A stretch of DNA of 43,344 nt from Sulfurimonadaceae bacterium (GTDB lineage Bacteria; Campylobacterota; Campylobacteria; Campylobacterales; Sulfurimonadaceae): positions 1 through 43,344 of the forward strand of contig JBFFUI010000015.1 in assembly GCA_041571435.1 (NCBI GenBank). The letters are read 5' to 3'. The notes beneath the pieces are model-generated. The model was not told the origin of the DNA, did no database searches, and saw nothing but the letters and a program-made list of their open reading frames with translations. The position numbers and the translations under genes were made by a program. Below, one piece after another: positions 1 through 9,020 of the stretch (the stretch's first letter is position 1; each line of letters begins with the position of its first letter).

Positions 1-193
1 CAAAAGAAAGGCGTGCCCGATGACCGGGGCACCCTCTTTGAGAACCAGACGAAAATAGCGCTGCACGGGAGCGGGAAGGTTCTCTGTCTCCTTGAGGGCG
101 ACATAACGCTCCTGTTCGGGACTGGCAGCATAGACCTTTTCTAAGAGCGCCGTTGTGTAACGGTGCCAGCAGGACGACCCCTGTTTTCATCAT
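1..193 (-). pseudogene. 5' part of a probably frameshifted gene resembling DUF6544-type proteins; runs off the window start
   Basis: SD AAGG then ATG ATG at 193/190 gives MMKTGVVLLA. The protein-like text (WHRYTTALLEKVYAASPEQERYVALKETENLPAPVQRYFRLVLKEGAPVIGHAFLL) is in another frame, closed upstream by TGA at 187-189. The family call rests on my recall of the LPxPVQRY motif. Confidence 0.5.
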
Positions 194-213
194 CGTTTAT
201 ACCTTAGCCGCAC

Positions 214-744
214 TCAGTCCCGGCGGTAGTAGGCGACAAGCGTCGCTTTTTCGATGGTGTGGGCGTTGATGTTGTAGCCGACCACGGCGCTGTCGCTCTT
301 GGCGTTAAGGTCAAGTTTCTCCGTGTCGAGGGCATAGACGGTAAAGATGTACATGTGCGCGCCGTGGCCTTTCGGCGGACAGGCACCACCGAAGCCGCTA
401 AAACCGTAGTCGGTCATGGTCTCGAGTGCTCCTTTGGGGAACTTGTGCCCGGCTGAAGCGTTGGCGGCGATGCCTTTGGCGTCGGCAGGGATGTTCACGA
501 CCTGCCAGTGCCACCAGCCACTGCCGGTCGGCGCGTCGGGATCATACACGGTGATCGCAAAGCTTTTGGTCCCCTTGGGCGGGTTGCTCCAGTGCAGCTC
601 CGGCGAGATGTTCTGCCCGCTGCAGCCGAAACCGCCAAACTCTTCCGCCTTGGTCAACTGCCCTTTGAGGGTGTCGCTCATCAGCGTAAAGTTGCCGCCG
701 TAGGCCAATGCGGACAGTGTCATCAATGCAATAAACAGTTTCAT
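214..744 (-). CDS. YbhB/YbcL family (PEBP/Raf kinase inhibitor-like) periplasmic protein
   Basis: Signal peptide; YDPDAPTGSGWWHW and GACPPKGHGAHMYIFTVYALD motifs. Confidence 0.93.
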   Translation of the reverse strand: MKLFIALMTLSALAYGGNFTLMSDTLKGQLTKAEEFGGFGCSGQNISPELHWSNPPKGTKSFAITVYDPDAPTGSGWWHWQVVNIPADAKGIAANASAGHKFPKGALETMTDYGFSGFGGACPPKGHGAHMYIFTVYALDTEKLDLNAKSDSAVVGYNINAHTIEKATLVAYYRRD

Positions 745-850
745 GAAAACTCCTTTTTGCCTCTATTATAGTTGCAAAAAGAGCAAAATGCAAGCGCGTT
801 CAGCCCTCTTGTTTATACTATGCCCAAAAGCGCGGTACCGGGAAATCGGG

Positions 851-1783
851 TCAGTGCTGATAGGTAAAGTGGCTGACATACCGCTCGAGGTTGTCGCTTT
901 TGTGACGTATGCCGCTGTTTGTAATGAGAAGATAAGCTACGTCAAGCGTCCCTAAAAACCGGATGGCCTCTTCAACGGGCATCACCGAGGCAGCTGTCGC
1001 ATAGGCGTCAATGTCGCTGTTGCTGCCCAGCGAGATCAGGGTGATCGAGGCAAATCCCTGCTGGGAACGCTTCTTTTTAGGGTCGATCAGATGGTTGTTC
1101 TTTTTCTCCCCCACATACCGGCGGTAGTTGCCGCTGGTAGAGAGCGCCGTGTCGGGATATCTTGTTGTAAACTCGGCAAGCACCCCCGCGCCAAAAGGGT
1201 CTTGAATAGCCATGCGGCAGATGTCAAGGCAGCGGATGTCACCGCTCAGGGCGAGCGTGCCGCGGGTGACGTTCTGTTCTCTCAAATAGGCCGCCGCCTT
1301 GTCTATGCCGAAGCCCTTGCCCATGCCGCCGAGGTCGATGAGCGTCCCTTCGTCGAGCCAGGCCCGCCCGCTGTCGAAATGCAGCCCCTTAAAGTCGATC
1401 TTGGCACGCTCCAATGCAGCGGCCGGGACAAGGCGCTCCTCGTCGCCGAAACGATAGAGCGCTTTGGTGACGGCGCCGACCGTAATGTCGAAATAGCCGT
1501 TGCTTTTTTCATAATAGTCTCCGGAGAGGGTGAGTGCTTCGTAGCTGTAGGGCGAAAGTGTTGCCGTACGATGGCGGTTGAGCTTGTATATGTCAGCAGC
1601 GGTGTCGTAACTTGACAGTGCATGCTCGACGGCACGCAGGATCGCAAAACTTTGTTGCTGCTCGGCACGCTTCTTCTGCGGCAGCGTGATCGTGGCGAAG
1701 GTGCCCATCAGCATCTGCGTGCGCTCAACCATCTCCACCGCATACAGAAGAGTGCCGAGCAAGAGGAGAAGAGCTGTTTTCAT
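851..1783 (-). CDS. apbE: FAD:protein FMN transferase (ApbE family)
   Basis: MGT, FDITVG, IDLGGMGKGFGID, STSGNYRRY, HLIDPK, DAYATA motifs; N-terminal signal peptide. Confidence 0.93.
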   Translation of the reverse strand: MKTALLLLLGTLLYAVEMVERTQMLMGTFATITLPQKKRAEQQQSFAILRAVEHALSSYDTAADIYKLNRHRTATLSPYSYEALTLSGDYYEKSNGYFDITVGAVTKALYRFGDEERLVPAAALERAKIDFKGLHFDSGRAWLDEGTLIDLGGMGKGFGIDKAAAYLREQNVTRGTLALSGDIRCLDICRMAIQDPFGAGVLAEFTTRYPDTALSTSGNYRRYVGEKKNNHLIDPKKKRSQQGFASITLISLGSNSDIDAYATAASVMPVEEAIRFLGTLDVAYLLITNSGIRHKSDNLERYVSHFTYQH

Positions 1784-1786
1784 CGG

Positions 1787-2413
1787 CTATATCAGTTCGA
1801 GCAACTCGCTGGGATGGCCGATGACGTGGTCACCGTGCCCCTGGGGACTGAACCCCCAGGTCACAAATACCGAGGCCACGCCTGCGCGAAAACCGGCCTC
1901 CATGTCTTTGGTGTTGTCACCCACCATGAAGGCGCTGTCCCTTTTCGCGTCAAACAGCAGGTGTTCGAGTGTCACCTGCAGCATCTCGGGGTCGGGCTTC
2001 GGCAGTGCGACCATGTCGGCACCCACAATGCGTTCAAAATAGCCGGCGATGCCTACGTGTTCCAGCATACGGTTGGCGAACTGGCTCGGGGCATTGGTCG
2101 CCACCCCCATTTTAACGCCCTTGCCGTGCAATGAGACGACAAGCTCCTTAACACCTTCATACAGTACGGAGGCCTCCGTACACTGTTTGTGGTAGTGCGC
2201 TTCAAAGACGATACGGTCACGCTCCTCATACAGCTCTGTATTGTAAAAAAGCTTGGCGAGGTTGCGCTGGTCGCGGTTGATCGCTTCGACGACAAAGTCG
2301 CTTGTCAGGGGGTCTAAACCGTGGTTGAGTGCCCGTACGTGGTTGATGGAGACAGTGATGTCATGCTGCGAGTCGATGAGGGTGCCGTCCATGTCAAATA
2401 TTACTACGGTCAT
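1787..2413 (-). CDS. HAD-superfamily hydrolase (phosphoglycolate phosphatase-like)
   Basis: FDMDGTLIDS motif I, ATN, KPDP, MVGD..D motifs. Confidence 0.9.
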   Translation of the reverse strand: MTVVIFDMDGTLIDSQHDITVSINHVRALNHGLDPLTSDFVVEAINRDQRNLAKLFYNTELYEERDRIVFEAHYHKQCTEASVLYEGVKELVVSLHGKGVKMGVATNAPSQFANRMLEHVGIAGYFERIVGADMVALPKPDPEMLQVTLEHLLFDAKRDSAFMVGDNTKDMEAGFRAGVASVFVTWGFSPQGHGDHVIGHPSELLELI

Positions 2414-2507
2414 GTTTTATCTTTTGAACTCTTTCTCCTATTTTAGCAGAGCGAAAACAACAGCGTTCCTCAGCGTTGATGCACTACACTCTGCAGCTTC
2501 CCTCAGG

Positions 2508-3461
2508 CTACTGCTTCATCTTATGGTAGATCTCGATCAGGGCATCCACAAAGGTCGCACTGTCATTCACGCAGCGGCAGACACGGTAATCGTTGAAGCC
2601 CATCTCTTCGGCGATCTCTCTGTACTCGATCTCCAGTTCAAAGTCCGTCTCGGAGTTGTCGATGGTGAAGGCGATCGGGTAGATGACGACGCCGCGGTTG
2701 CGCACCTTGGCCAGCTCCTCCTCCAGCGAGGGCTCCAGCCACTTCATCGGTCCGACCTTTGACTGATAGGCCAGATGCACCTGATGGAAATCCATCGCAT
2801 GCTCCTGCAGTTTTCTCTTGAGCAGTTCGACATGGCGTTCGACATGACGCTGGTACGGGTCGCCCGCATCGACGATCTTCTGCGGCAGGCCGTGGGCGGA
2901 AAAGATGATGTCGAAATCGTTGTAGTCGCTCTTACCCATCTTCTCTTTGATCCGTTCGATCACCGCTTCGTTGTAGGTGTTGTTCTCATAATAGTGTTTC
3001 ACCTCGACCAGGACCGCATCCATGCCGCTCGCATGGAAAGCCTCTTCAAAATCTTCGAGAGAGGACTTGGTCGTGGTCGTCGAGTACTGCGGGTAGAGCG
3101 GGATCAGGTAGACCTTCTCCACGTTCTGTGCTTTCAGACGCTCGATCACCTCCGGCGCAAACGGCGGCGTGTAGCGCATGACAAAGTCGATGAGGACGTT
3201 CTCATCATCCAACTTCTTCTCCAGTGCAGCGACAAGGTTCTTCGTGTGGCCGACGATCGGTGACTTGCCGCCGAGCTGACGGTAGATCTCCTGCGACGAC
3301 TCGGCACGGGTGAAGGTGATCATCCCGCCGACGAACTTGCGCAGCAGGTTGCTCTTCATGGTGAGGATATTCGGGTCGTTAAACATGTTTTTCAAAAACA
3401 GTTCAACCTCCTGAAGGTTGTTCGGTCCGCCCATATTGAGTAAAACTATCGCTTCTTTCAC
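2508..3461 (-). CDS. hemH: Ferrochelatase
   Basis: LLNMGGP, MRYTPP, PLYPQYS, FSAHGLP, YQSKVGPMKWLEP, DNSETDFELE motifs. Confidence 0.97.
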   Translation of the reverse strand: MKEAIVLLNMGGPNNLQEVELFLKNMFNDPNILTMKSNLLRKFVGGMITFTRAESSQEIYRQLGGKSPIVGHTKNLVAALEKKLDDENVLIDFVMRYTPPFAPEVIERLKAQNVEKVYLIPLYPQYSTTTTKSSLEDFEEAFHASGMDAVLVEVKHYYENNTYNEAVIERIKEKMGKSDYNDFDIIFSAHGLPQKIVDAGDPYQRHVERHVELLKRKLQEHAMDFHQVHLAYQSKVGPMKWLEPSLEEELAKVRNRGVVIYPIAFTIDNSETDFELEIEYREIAEEMGFNDYRVCRCVNDSATFVDALIEIYHKMKQ

Positions 3462-4252
3462 TGTTCCAACACCTTTTCTATCTCTTGCGTCACTTCGTCG
3501 CTGAAGAGTAATTGTGCGTGATTATAACCTTCAAACTCTTTATAGTCAACCAGCATCTCTTTTTTCGCCTTAGCCTTCAGTTTTCGAGGCTGTCGTATCG
3601 GGACGAAACCGTCATCGACCGTAGCATACATCGAAAACGGTGTCTGCACCTTGTCGATCTCGTGTATGGTCGCAAAGCGGTGTTTGACCGCAAAGTCGGG
3701 AACCGGAAGCTTTTTGGCACGCGAAAGTGCCGGAACAGACGCAAACGGCGCGACCAGAATAAGCTTTTTGGGCTTGCGCCTTGCCGCGACATGTACAGCG
3801 ATGTTGGAGCCTAGGCTATATCCCAAAACGGCTGGCACGCCGAAACGGCGGACGACATCATCGTAGATCTTCAACGCATCCCCGTGATACGCCGCTTCAC
3901 CCGGTTTGCCGCCGCTGGTGCCGTAACCGCGGTAGTTGTAGGCAATGATACGCGTCTTTGGGTAGTGCAGTGAAAACTTGGCCACAAGCGTCACGCTGTC
4001 TTGCTCCCGTCCGCCTAAATAGAGCAGCGTCTCGTTGTACCCTCCTTCGGGTTCAAAGACGATACCTTCGAGATAAATCCCCTTTTCCACCTGCAGTTCA
4101 AGCGGCCGGTACAGCTCAGGGTACTCTTTGAACAGTCCACGGCGTTTGTGGTGGTACGGGGTGAAGATGATCTTGTGCTGCAGCAGATAGGTCAGCAGGC
4201 TGGGGATGACAAACAGCAGGAGAAGTCCGAGAATAACAAGTTCCGTGATCAC
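3458..4252 (-). CDS. Membrane-anchored alpha/beta hydrolase
   Basis: N-terminal TM; NYRGYG, GYSLG nucleophile elbow, candidate catalytic Asp (DDGFV) and His (NHA); 4-bp overlap with hemH. Confidence 0.85.
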   Translation of the reverse strand: MITELVILGLLLLFVIPSLLTYLLQHKIIFTPYHHKRRGLFKEYPELYRPLELQVEKGIYLEGIVFEPEGGYNETLLYLGGREQDSVTLVAKFSLHYPKTRIIAYNYRGYGTSGGKPGEAAYHGDALKIYDDVVRRFGVPAVLGYSLGSNIAVHVAARRKPKKLILVAPFASVPALSRAKKLPVPDFAVKHRFATIHEIDKVQTPFSMYATVDDGFVPIRQPRKLKAKAKKEMLVDYKEFEGYNHAQLLFSDEVTQEIEKVLEQ

Positions 4253-4253
4253 T

Positions 4254-5381
4254 TTACCCTCTTCTCTTTGCCCAGCGCCGGAAAAAACGGGTCGGTGTCA
4301 GTTCAGGGTCCAGTGCGGTATGGTCGGTGATAGACGCTGTCAGCTGCTTGGCCAGGTAGGGCGCCAGGACAAAGCCGTATCCGCCCGTACCGTTGATCAT
4401 GTAAAGCGCCGGAAAATAGCTGAAATCCTCATCGTGCATCTTCTTCAACTTTGAGGGTTTAAAGTGCTCGTCCATCGTTCTCTCCGCATCGACGACCGGT
4501 CCGATGATCGGCAGGTAGTCGTTGCTTCCCGAACGCAGACCGACATAGTCTTTGACCACTTCGATGTCCTTCAGCAAAACAGTTCTGGCCGCCTTTTCCA
4601 GCAGCTCTTTGCGCCCCGCCTGCAGATCGTAGGGCTCGCTGCCGAAAGGGTCAAAATGGAGGTTGTGCGTCGCTCCGATGGCGACCGTCCCCTCTTCGGT
4701 CGACGGCGAGATCGAGAGGTGGTGGTGGATGCTGTAGGGCACCTTGGTCCTTGTCTTGACGTCGATACGGTGTCCCCAGACGCGACGCAGCTCCAGATAC
4801 GGCATCTTCACCACCACATCGTACGAGCCCGTCGCCAAGATAATACGTTGTGCTCTGATATCACCTATCTGCCACAGACCGTTTTCATACTGCATAGAAG
4901 TCACTTTCAGTGTTGAAAAGTCGACCCCCGCGGCCAAGGCCTTGCACATCGTTGACGCATTGACGACCCCGCCCTCTTGCAGCACCAGCGAAGCAGACCC
5001 TTTTGCAGAGGGCGTCAAAATCGGTTCGGCGGCACTTTTGTCATCGGTGAAAGCGAGTGTCGTTGTCTCTCTGAACGCCTTCAGACGGGCTTCGCTCTCA
5101 TCCGAGTTGGCGATCTGCAGCAGTTTGGCGATCTGAATGTGGTCGGGGAAATGTGTAGTGTAGAAATCCAGAGAGAAACGGTACGCCTCTTCAAGCAGCT
5201 CTTTCAGGCGGCCGCCCTTGGTGAACTTGGGCGAGATGAACGCGCCGGCGGCACCGGAACCGCCGGCGGCGATCCCCTCCTGGTCGATCAGGATAACACT
5301 GTCATCAGCCTGGGAGAGAAAATAGGCACAGCAGCAGCCGTTGATACCGGCACCGATGATCGCTGTGTCGTAGACGGGCAT
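4254..5381 (-). CDS. FAD-dependent oxidoreductase (DAO family, MnmC FAD-domain-like)
   Basis: IIGAGING dinucleotide motif, AGGSG, GLRSGSNDYLPIIG, GTGGYGFVLAP. Confidence 0.8.
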   Translation of the reverse strand: MPVYDTAIIGAGINGCCCAYFLSQADDSVILIDQEGIAAGGSGAAGAFISPKFTKGGRLKELLEEAYRFSLDFYTTHFPDHIQIAKLLQIANSDESEARLKAFRETTTLAFTDDKSAAEPILTPSAKGSASLVLQEGGVVNASTMCKALAAGVDFSTLKVTSMQYENGLWQIGDIRAQRIILATGSYDVVVKMPYLELRRVWGHRIDVKTRTKVPYSIHHHLSISPSTEEGTVAIGATHNLHFDPFGSEPYDLQAGRKELLEKAARTVLLKDIEVVKDYVGLRSGSNDYLPIIGPVVDAERTMDEHFKPSKLKKMHDEDFSYFPALYMINGTGGYGFVLAPYLAKQLTASITDHTALDPELTPTRFFRRWAKRRG

Positions 5382-5396
5382 GGCCTCAACCAGCCG

Positions 5397-7445
5397 CTAG
5401 AGTGTGATCTCTTTAATATCGGCAATATCAAAGATCGCTTTGTAGATGGTACCGACAAGCGCTTTACGGTTGTTTTTGACCGCCTCGTCATCCGCGTTGA
5501 CCATCACCTTGTCAAAGAAGAGGTCAAGCTGCGGCTTCAAACTGAAAAGGGCATCCAGCTGCTCGATGTACGACGCATACGTCGCTTCGTTGACAGCATT
5601 GTACGCATCGAACAGAGCGCTCTCGGCTTTGCCTTCGAAGAGGGCTGCATCAACACCCTGAAGGTCGTCAAGATCGACATCTTTGGTGATGTTCGCAACA
5701 CGCTTGAAGGTTGAGAAGACCGTCGGGAACTCGCTGCTTTCCGAGATCGTCGCCACCGCTTCGATCTTCGCATCGATCGCACGCAGTTCACGCTCGCCCG
5801 TTGAAAGGACGGCGTTGACGATCGACGGGTTCACCTTGTAGAACTGGTTGACACGCTCAAGGAAGAAGGCTTCGAGTTTTTCAAAGTCGATCTCGGCATA
5901 CTTCTTGCTCAGGCTCTGAAGCACGGCATTGATGTCGAAAGAGAAGTCATGCTCTTTTGTGATGCGGATAAGACCGTTGACCGCACGGCGAAGCGCAAAA
6001 GGATCGCGCGAACCGGTCGGGATCTGGTTGATGCTGAAAAGGCCCAGCAGGGTGTCCAGCTTGATCGCCATCGCGACGATCGCGCTCAGTTTGGTTGAGG
6101 GTACCGGTGAGTCTTCACCTTCCGGCAAGTACTGCTCTTTGATGGCCAGTGCCACTTCCGGTTCTTCGCCCAGTGCATTGGCGTAGTAGTAACCCATCAG
6201 TCCCTGAAGCTCCGTGAACTCATAGACCATCTCGCTCATCAGGTCCGCTTTGGCCAGCTCGACGGCACGCTGCAGCAGCTCCTGGTTCATCTCATAATGT
6301 TTACCGTTTTCGGCACACACCGCTTCGCCGTATAGCTCAAACAGATAATCCGCGATGTCATGTTCGCGCTTGATCTTGTCGGAGAGTGTCCCCAGGCCGT
6401 TCATAAAGACAACCTTCTCAAGCCCCTCCGTGCCCAGGCCGTTGCGGAGGTCATTGTCGTAGAAGAAAAGACCGTCTGCAAGACGCGGACGCAGAACGCG
6501 CTCGTTACCCTCGATCACTTTTGAGAAGTCATCCGTCAGCGCGTTGCTGACCACAACAAACTTGTTGATCAAAACACCGTCTTTAAAGACCGGGAAATAG
6601 CGCTGGTGCTCTTTCATGGAGGTGATGATCACCTCCGGCGGCAGGCGCAGGAACTCGGCGTCGAAACTGCCGAGCAGCGGTGTCGGGTGTTCCGTGATCG
6701 CCACGACCTCCGCAAGCAGCTCTTCATCGATCTCGATAGTAAGCCCCTCTTCGGCTTCGATCGCTTTGAAGTCCGCCAGGATCGATGCACGACGCTCGTC
6801 CTGGAACAGTGTGACGGAACCGGCTTTCAGTGTGTCGAAGTAGGCCTTGTACCCGCTGACCGGCTGCGCATCAAAACTCGCCATGCGGTGAAATGCGGTC
6901 GTCTGCGCCGATGCAACACCGAACAGGGACATCGGAACAAGTTTTTCGGCCAGCATCACATTGACCCAGCGGATCGGACGGATAAAGCTCTCTGTGTTGG
7001 AGCCCCAGCGCATCGACTTGCCGAAATTAAGGGACTTCATCCACTTCTCGATCATGGCCGGCAGCAGCGCTGCACTCGCCTGCCCTTCGACACTCTTTTT
7101 ATAGTAAAGGACCTCTTTGCCCCCCTTCTCTGCCTTGGAAATCTCCTCCAGGCTCACACCGCATTTTCTGGCAAACCCCTCTGCTGCTTGCGTCGGTTCA
7201 CCGTCTTTGTACGCGATCGCGATCGGTGCACCGAAAAACTCCTCTTCACTGTCATCTTGATGCATCTTGAACTCGCTGTGCCAAAGCACAAGACGGCGCG
7301 GCGTGTAGTAAAACTCAAATTCAGCCAAAAGCTTGTTCTCTTCTAAAACATCTGCCCATTTTTTCTCTATATTGGCAAGTTCTTTCAGAAGCGGGACCGC
7401 TGGAAGTTCTTCGACACCGATTTCAATCAAAAGAGGTTGGATCAT
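5397..7445 (-). CDS. glyS: Glycine--tRNA ligase beta subunit
   Basis: LLIEIGVEELP, TPRRL, KSMRWG, FIRPIRW, HQRYFP, GNERVLRPRLADG, EFTELQG, PTGSRDPFALRR; start moved to ATG 7445 (SD AGGA upstream). Confidence 0.97.
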   Translation of the reverse strand: MIQPLLIEIGVEELPAVPLLKELANIEKKWADVLEENKLLAEFEFYYTPRRLVLWHSEFKMHQDDSEEEFFGAPIAIAYKDGEPTQAAEGFARKCGVSLEEISKAEKGGKEVLYYKKSVEGQASAALLPAMIEKWMKSLNFGKSMRWGSNTESFIRPIRWVNVMLAEKLVPMSLFGVASAQTTAFHRMASFDAQPVSGYKAYFDTLKAGSVTLFQDERRASILADFKAIEAEEGLTIEIDEELLAEVVAITEHPTPLLGSFDAEFLRLPPEVIITSMKEHQRYFPVFKDGVLINKFVVVSNALTDDFSKVIEGNERVLRPRLADGLFFYDNDLRNGLGTEGLEKVVFMNGLGTLSDKIKREHDIADYLFELYGEAVCAENGKHYEMNQELLQRAVELAKADLMSEMVYEFTELQGLMGYYYANALGEEPEVALAIKEQYLPEGEDSPVPSTKLSAIVAMAIKLDTLLGLFSINQIPTGSRDPFALRRAVNGLIRITKEHDFSFDINAVLQSLSKKYAEIDFEKLEAFFLERVNQFYKVNPSIVNAVLSTGERELRAIDAKIEAVATISESSEFPTVFSTFKRVANITKDVDLDDLQGVDAALFEGKAESALFDAYNAVNEATYASYIEQLDALFSLKPQLDLFFDKVMVNADDEAVKNNRKALVGTIYKAIFDIADIKEITL

Positions 7446-7482
7446 TGGTACTGTCCTATAAATGTAGTGTATTAATCCCGCG

Positions 7483-7488
7483 ATTTTA
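7483..7488 (-). promoter_or_regulatory. Putative -10 box (gcTAAAAT) for the glyS operon
   Basis: TAAAAT on the minus strand ~38 nt upstream of the glyS ATG; Campylobacterota-type gnTAnaAT. Confidence 0.5.
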
Positions 7489-7684
7489 GCGCTTTGTCGG
7501 TTAAAGGAGGCTTTCAGGACAAGAACTCGTCTCAATTGTGTCTGTGCGATGGCCTTGTTCAGGAAAACAAAAAGCTTCTTTAATAACAGAAACAAAAAAA
7601 CTGTCAGTACTGTAGCAGAGGTCAGAAATGCTTAACAATAGAGACCGCATGTCATCGCGATCATTGCATGTCCACCGGCATATT

Positions 7685-7699
7685 TGATAACCACTCTCA
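7685..7699. promoter_or_regulatory. Fur/PerR-like 7-1-7 inverted repeat
   Basis: TGATAAC-C-ACTCTCA matches 11/14 positions of TGATAAT-N-ATTATCA; lies upstream of an iron-protein gene. Confidence 0.5.
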
Positions 7700-7809
7700 A
7701 TTGTAGCTGAGACTAAATTTAAATAAGACATCTTTACTCTGATTTATGTTTTATTAAAACTTTTTCCCTGTAGAATGCTCGCATAAATTAAAAAAACCAA
7801 AGGATAACC

Positions 7810-8196
7810 ATGCCAAAGATTAACAAATACGTTGATATCGACACTGTAGAACGCGAAGCTAAAAAAGATCTTATCGATCGTCACTCTCCATTTATCACTG
7901 TCGAAGGTGATGCTAAAAAAGGTGAGATGCTTGCTGTAAACGTTAAGATGGGTCAAGAGTATACACACCCGGATGATTTCGACCACTTCATCGAAAGCAT
8001 CACTCTTTTCGATGGTGAGACAAAACTTGCGATGGCAACATTCGTACCGGGTACACTAGGTAACGAGAAGTCTCACGCAGAAGTAACGTTCAACATCCGT
8101 CCAATGGGCAAAAAACTTAACCTTGTAGCACATGGTTACTGTACAAAACACGGTATCTGGGAATCAACTCCGGTTGAAGTCGCAGTCGCTGAATAA
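7810..8196 (+). CDS. Superoxide reductase-like protein (desulfoferrodoxin ferrous domain, class II SORL)
   Basis: Fe-ligand pattern RHSP, THPDDFDH, YCTKHGIW; SD AAGGA; TAGAAT -10 at 7771-7776. Confidence 0.88.
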   Translation: MPKINKYVDIDTVEREAKKDLIDRHSPFITVEGDAKKGEMLAVNVKMGQEYTHPDDFDHFIESITLFDGETKLAMATFVPGTLGNEKSHAEVTFNIRPMGKKLNLVAHGYCTKHGIWESTPVEVAVAE

Positions 8197-8209
8197 TTTC
8201 ACCTCTTTT

Positions 8210-8228
8210 TCAGGGCTTTCAGCCCTGA
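8210..8228 (+). terminator. Putative intrinsic terminator hairpin after the SOR-like gene
   Basis: TCAGGGCT-TTC-AGCCCTGA perfect 8-bp stem followed by cctgtttatt. Confidence 0.6.
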
Positions 8229-8360
8229 CCTGTTTATTACGAACTCTCTGATCATTCCTATTTTCACCACATCAACGCACAACAGTTTAACTTCACACAA
8301 ATTTATCGAAATTTAACACAGCATTTACTACACTAAGCAATCAATTTTAAAGGTGATCCT

Positions 8361-9020
8361 ACGAAATCCTATCAGAACCTTGTGATGCTCCAAAACCTCT
8401 ACCGTTTGAAAGCACTCGGATTTAATTACAGTGACCCTTTCGTGACCAACAGACCTTCTGTTGCGCAGGAACTTCCGGATAACCTGCTGCAGCTGCAGGA
8501 GATGGTCGCACAATGTCATCTTTGTGACCTAAGCAAATCCCGCCAGCAGAGCATGGGCGGCTGGGGCAACCCCAATGCCGATCTTATGATCGTGGATGCC
8601 TACGTCTCGGTCAGTGAAGATGCGACCAACGACTATTATGCCGGTAAGTCGGGCGAGTCACTGACCAAGATGATCGAGAACGTGATCGGCCTTAGAAAAG
8701 AGGATGTCTACATCAGCCATGCTGTCAAATGTAAACCGCTGGGGACCAACACGCCCTCCGCGTCTGAGTTCAACAGCTGCAAGCCTTATCTCTATAAACA
8801 GATCGAGCTCATCAAGCCCAAAGTCGTGATCGCCCTCGGAGCAGATGCATACAGCCTCCTGAGCGGTGATGACAGTGATTTTGAACAGGTCCGCGGACAG
8901 AAGATCAACGTTGGTGACTACACCATCATACCGATCTACCACCCGCAGTTTTTACTGCGTAACCCCTCATTCAAAGGGGAGACGCTTACTGATCTTAAAA
9001 CCATAAAGAGTTGCCTATGA
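8361..9020 (+). CDS. Uracil-DNA glycosylase family 4-like protein; start either ACG 8361 or GTG 8382/ATG 8385
   Basis: CHLCDLSKSR, AVKCKP, CKPYL (Fe-S Cys pattern), PIYHPQFLLRNP; SD AAGG lies 7 nt upstream of in-frame ACG. Confidence 0.85.
   Translation, partial: TKSYQNLVMLQNLYRLKALGFNYSDPFVTNRPSVAQELPDNLLQLQEMVAQCHLCDLSKSRQQSMGGWGNPNADLMIVDAYVSVSEDATNDYYAGKSGESLTKMIENVIGLRKEDVYISHAVKCKPLGTNTPSASEFNSCKPYLYKQIELIKPKVVIALGADAYSLLSGDDSDFEQVRGQKINVGDYTIIPIYHPQFLLRNPSFKGETLTDLKTIKSCL

Noticed and set aside
4977..7346. Long antisense ORFs (4977..5714, 6606..7346 and similar elsewhere)
   Set aside because: Shadow frames opposite well-supported genes, with no motifs or SD
1..7445. Somewhat higher GC in the first 7 kb as a sign of horizontal transfer or chimeric assembly
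   Set aside because: Spot checks vary gene by gene and the region holds core genes (hemH, glyS); needs computed GC/tetranucleotide profiles
7446..7595. 50-aa N-terminal extension of GlyS in the ORF track
   Set aside because: Family sequence starts at MIQPLLIEIG; SD and -10 lie inside the extension
7501..7731. 76-aa minus-strand ORF upstream of glyS
   Set aside because: Weak SD, no recognisable motif, and it overlaps the Fur-like box and promoter region; cannot be supported without homologs
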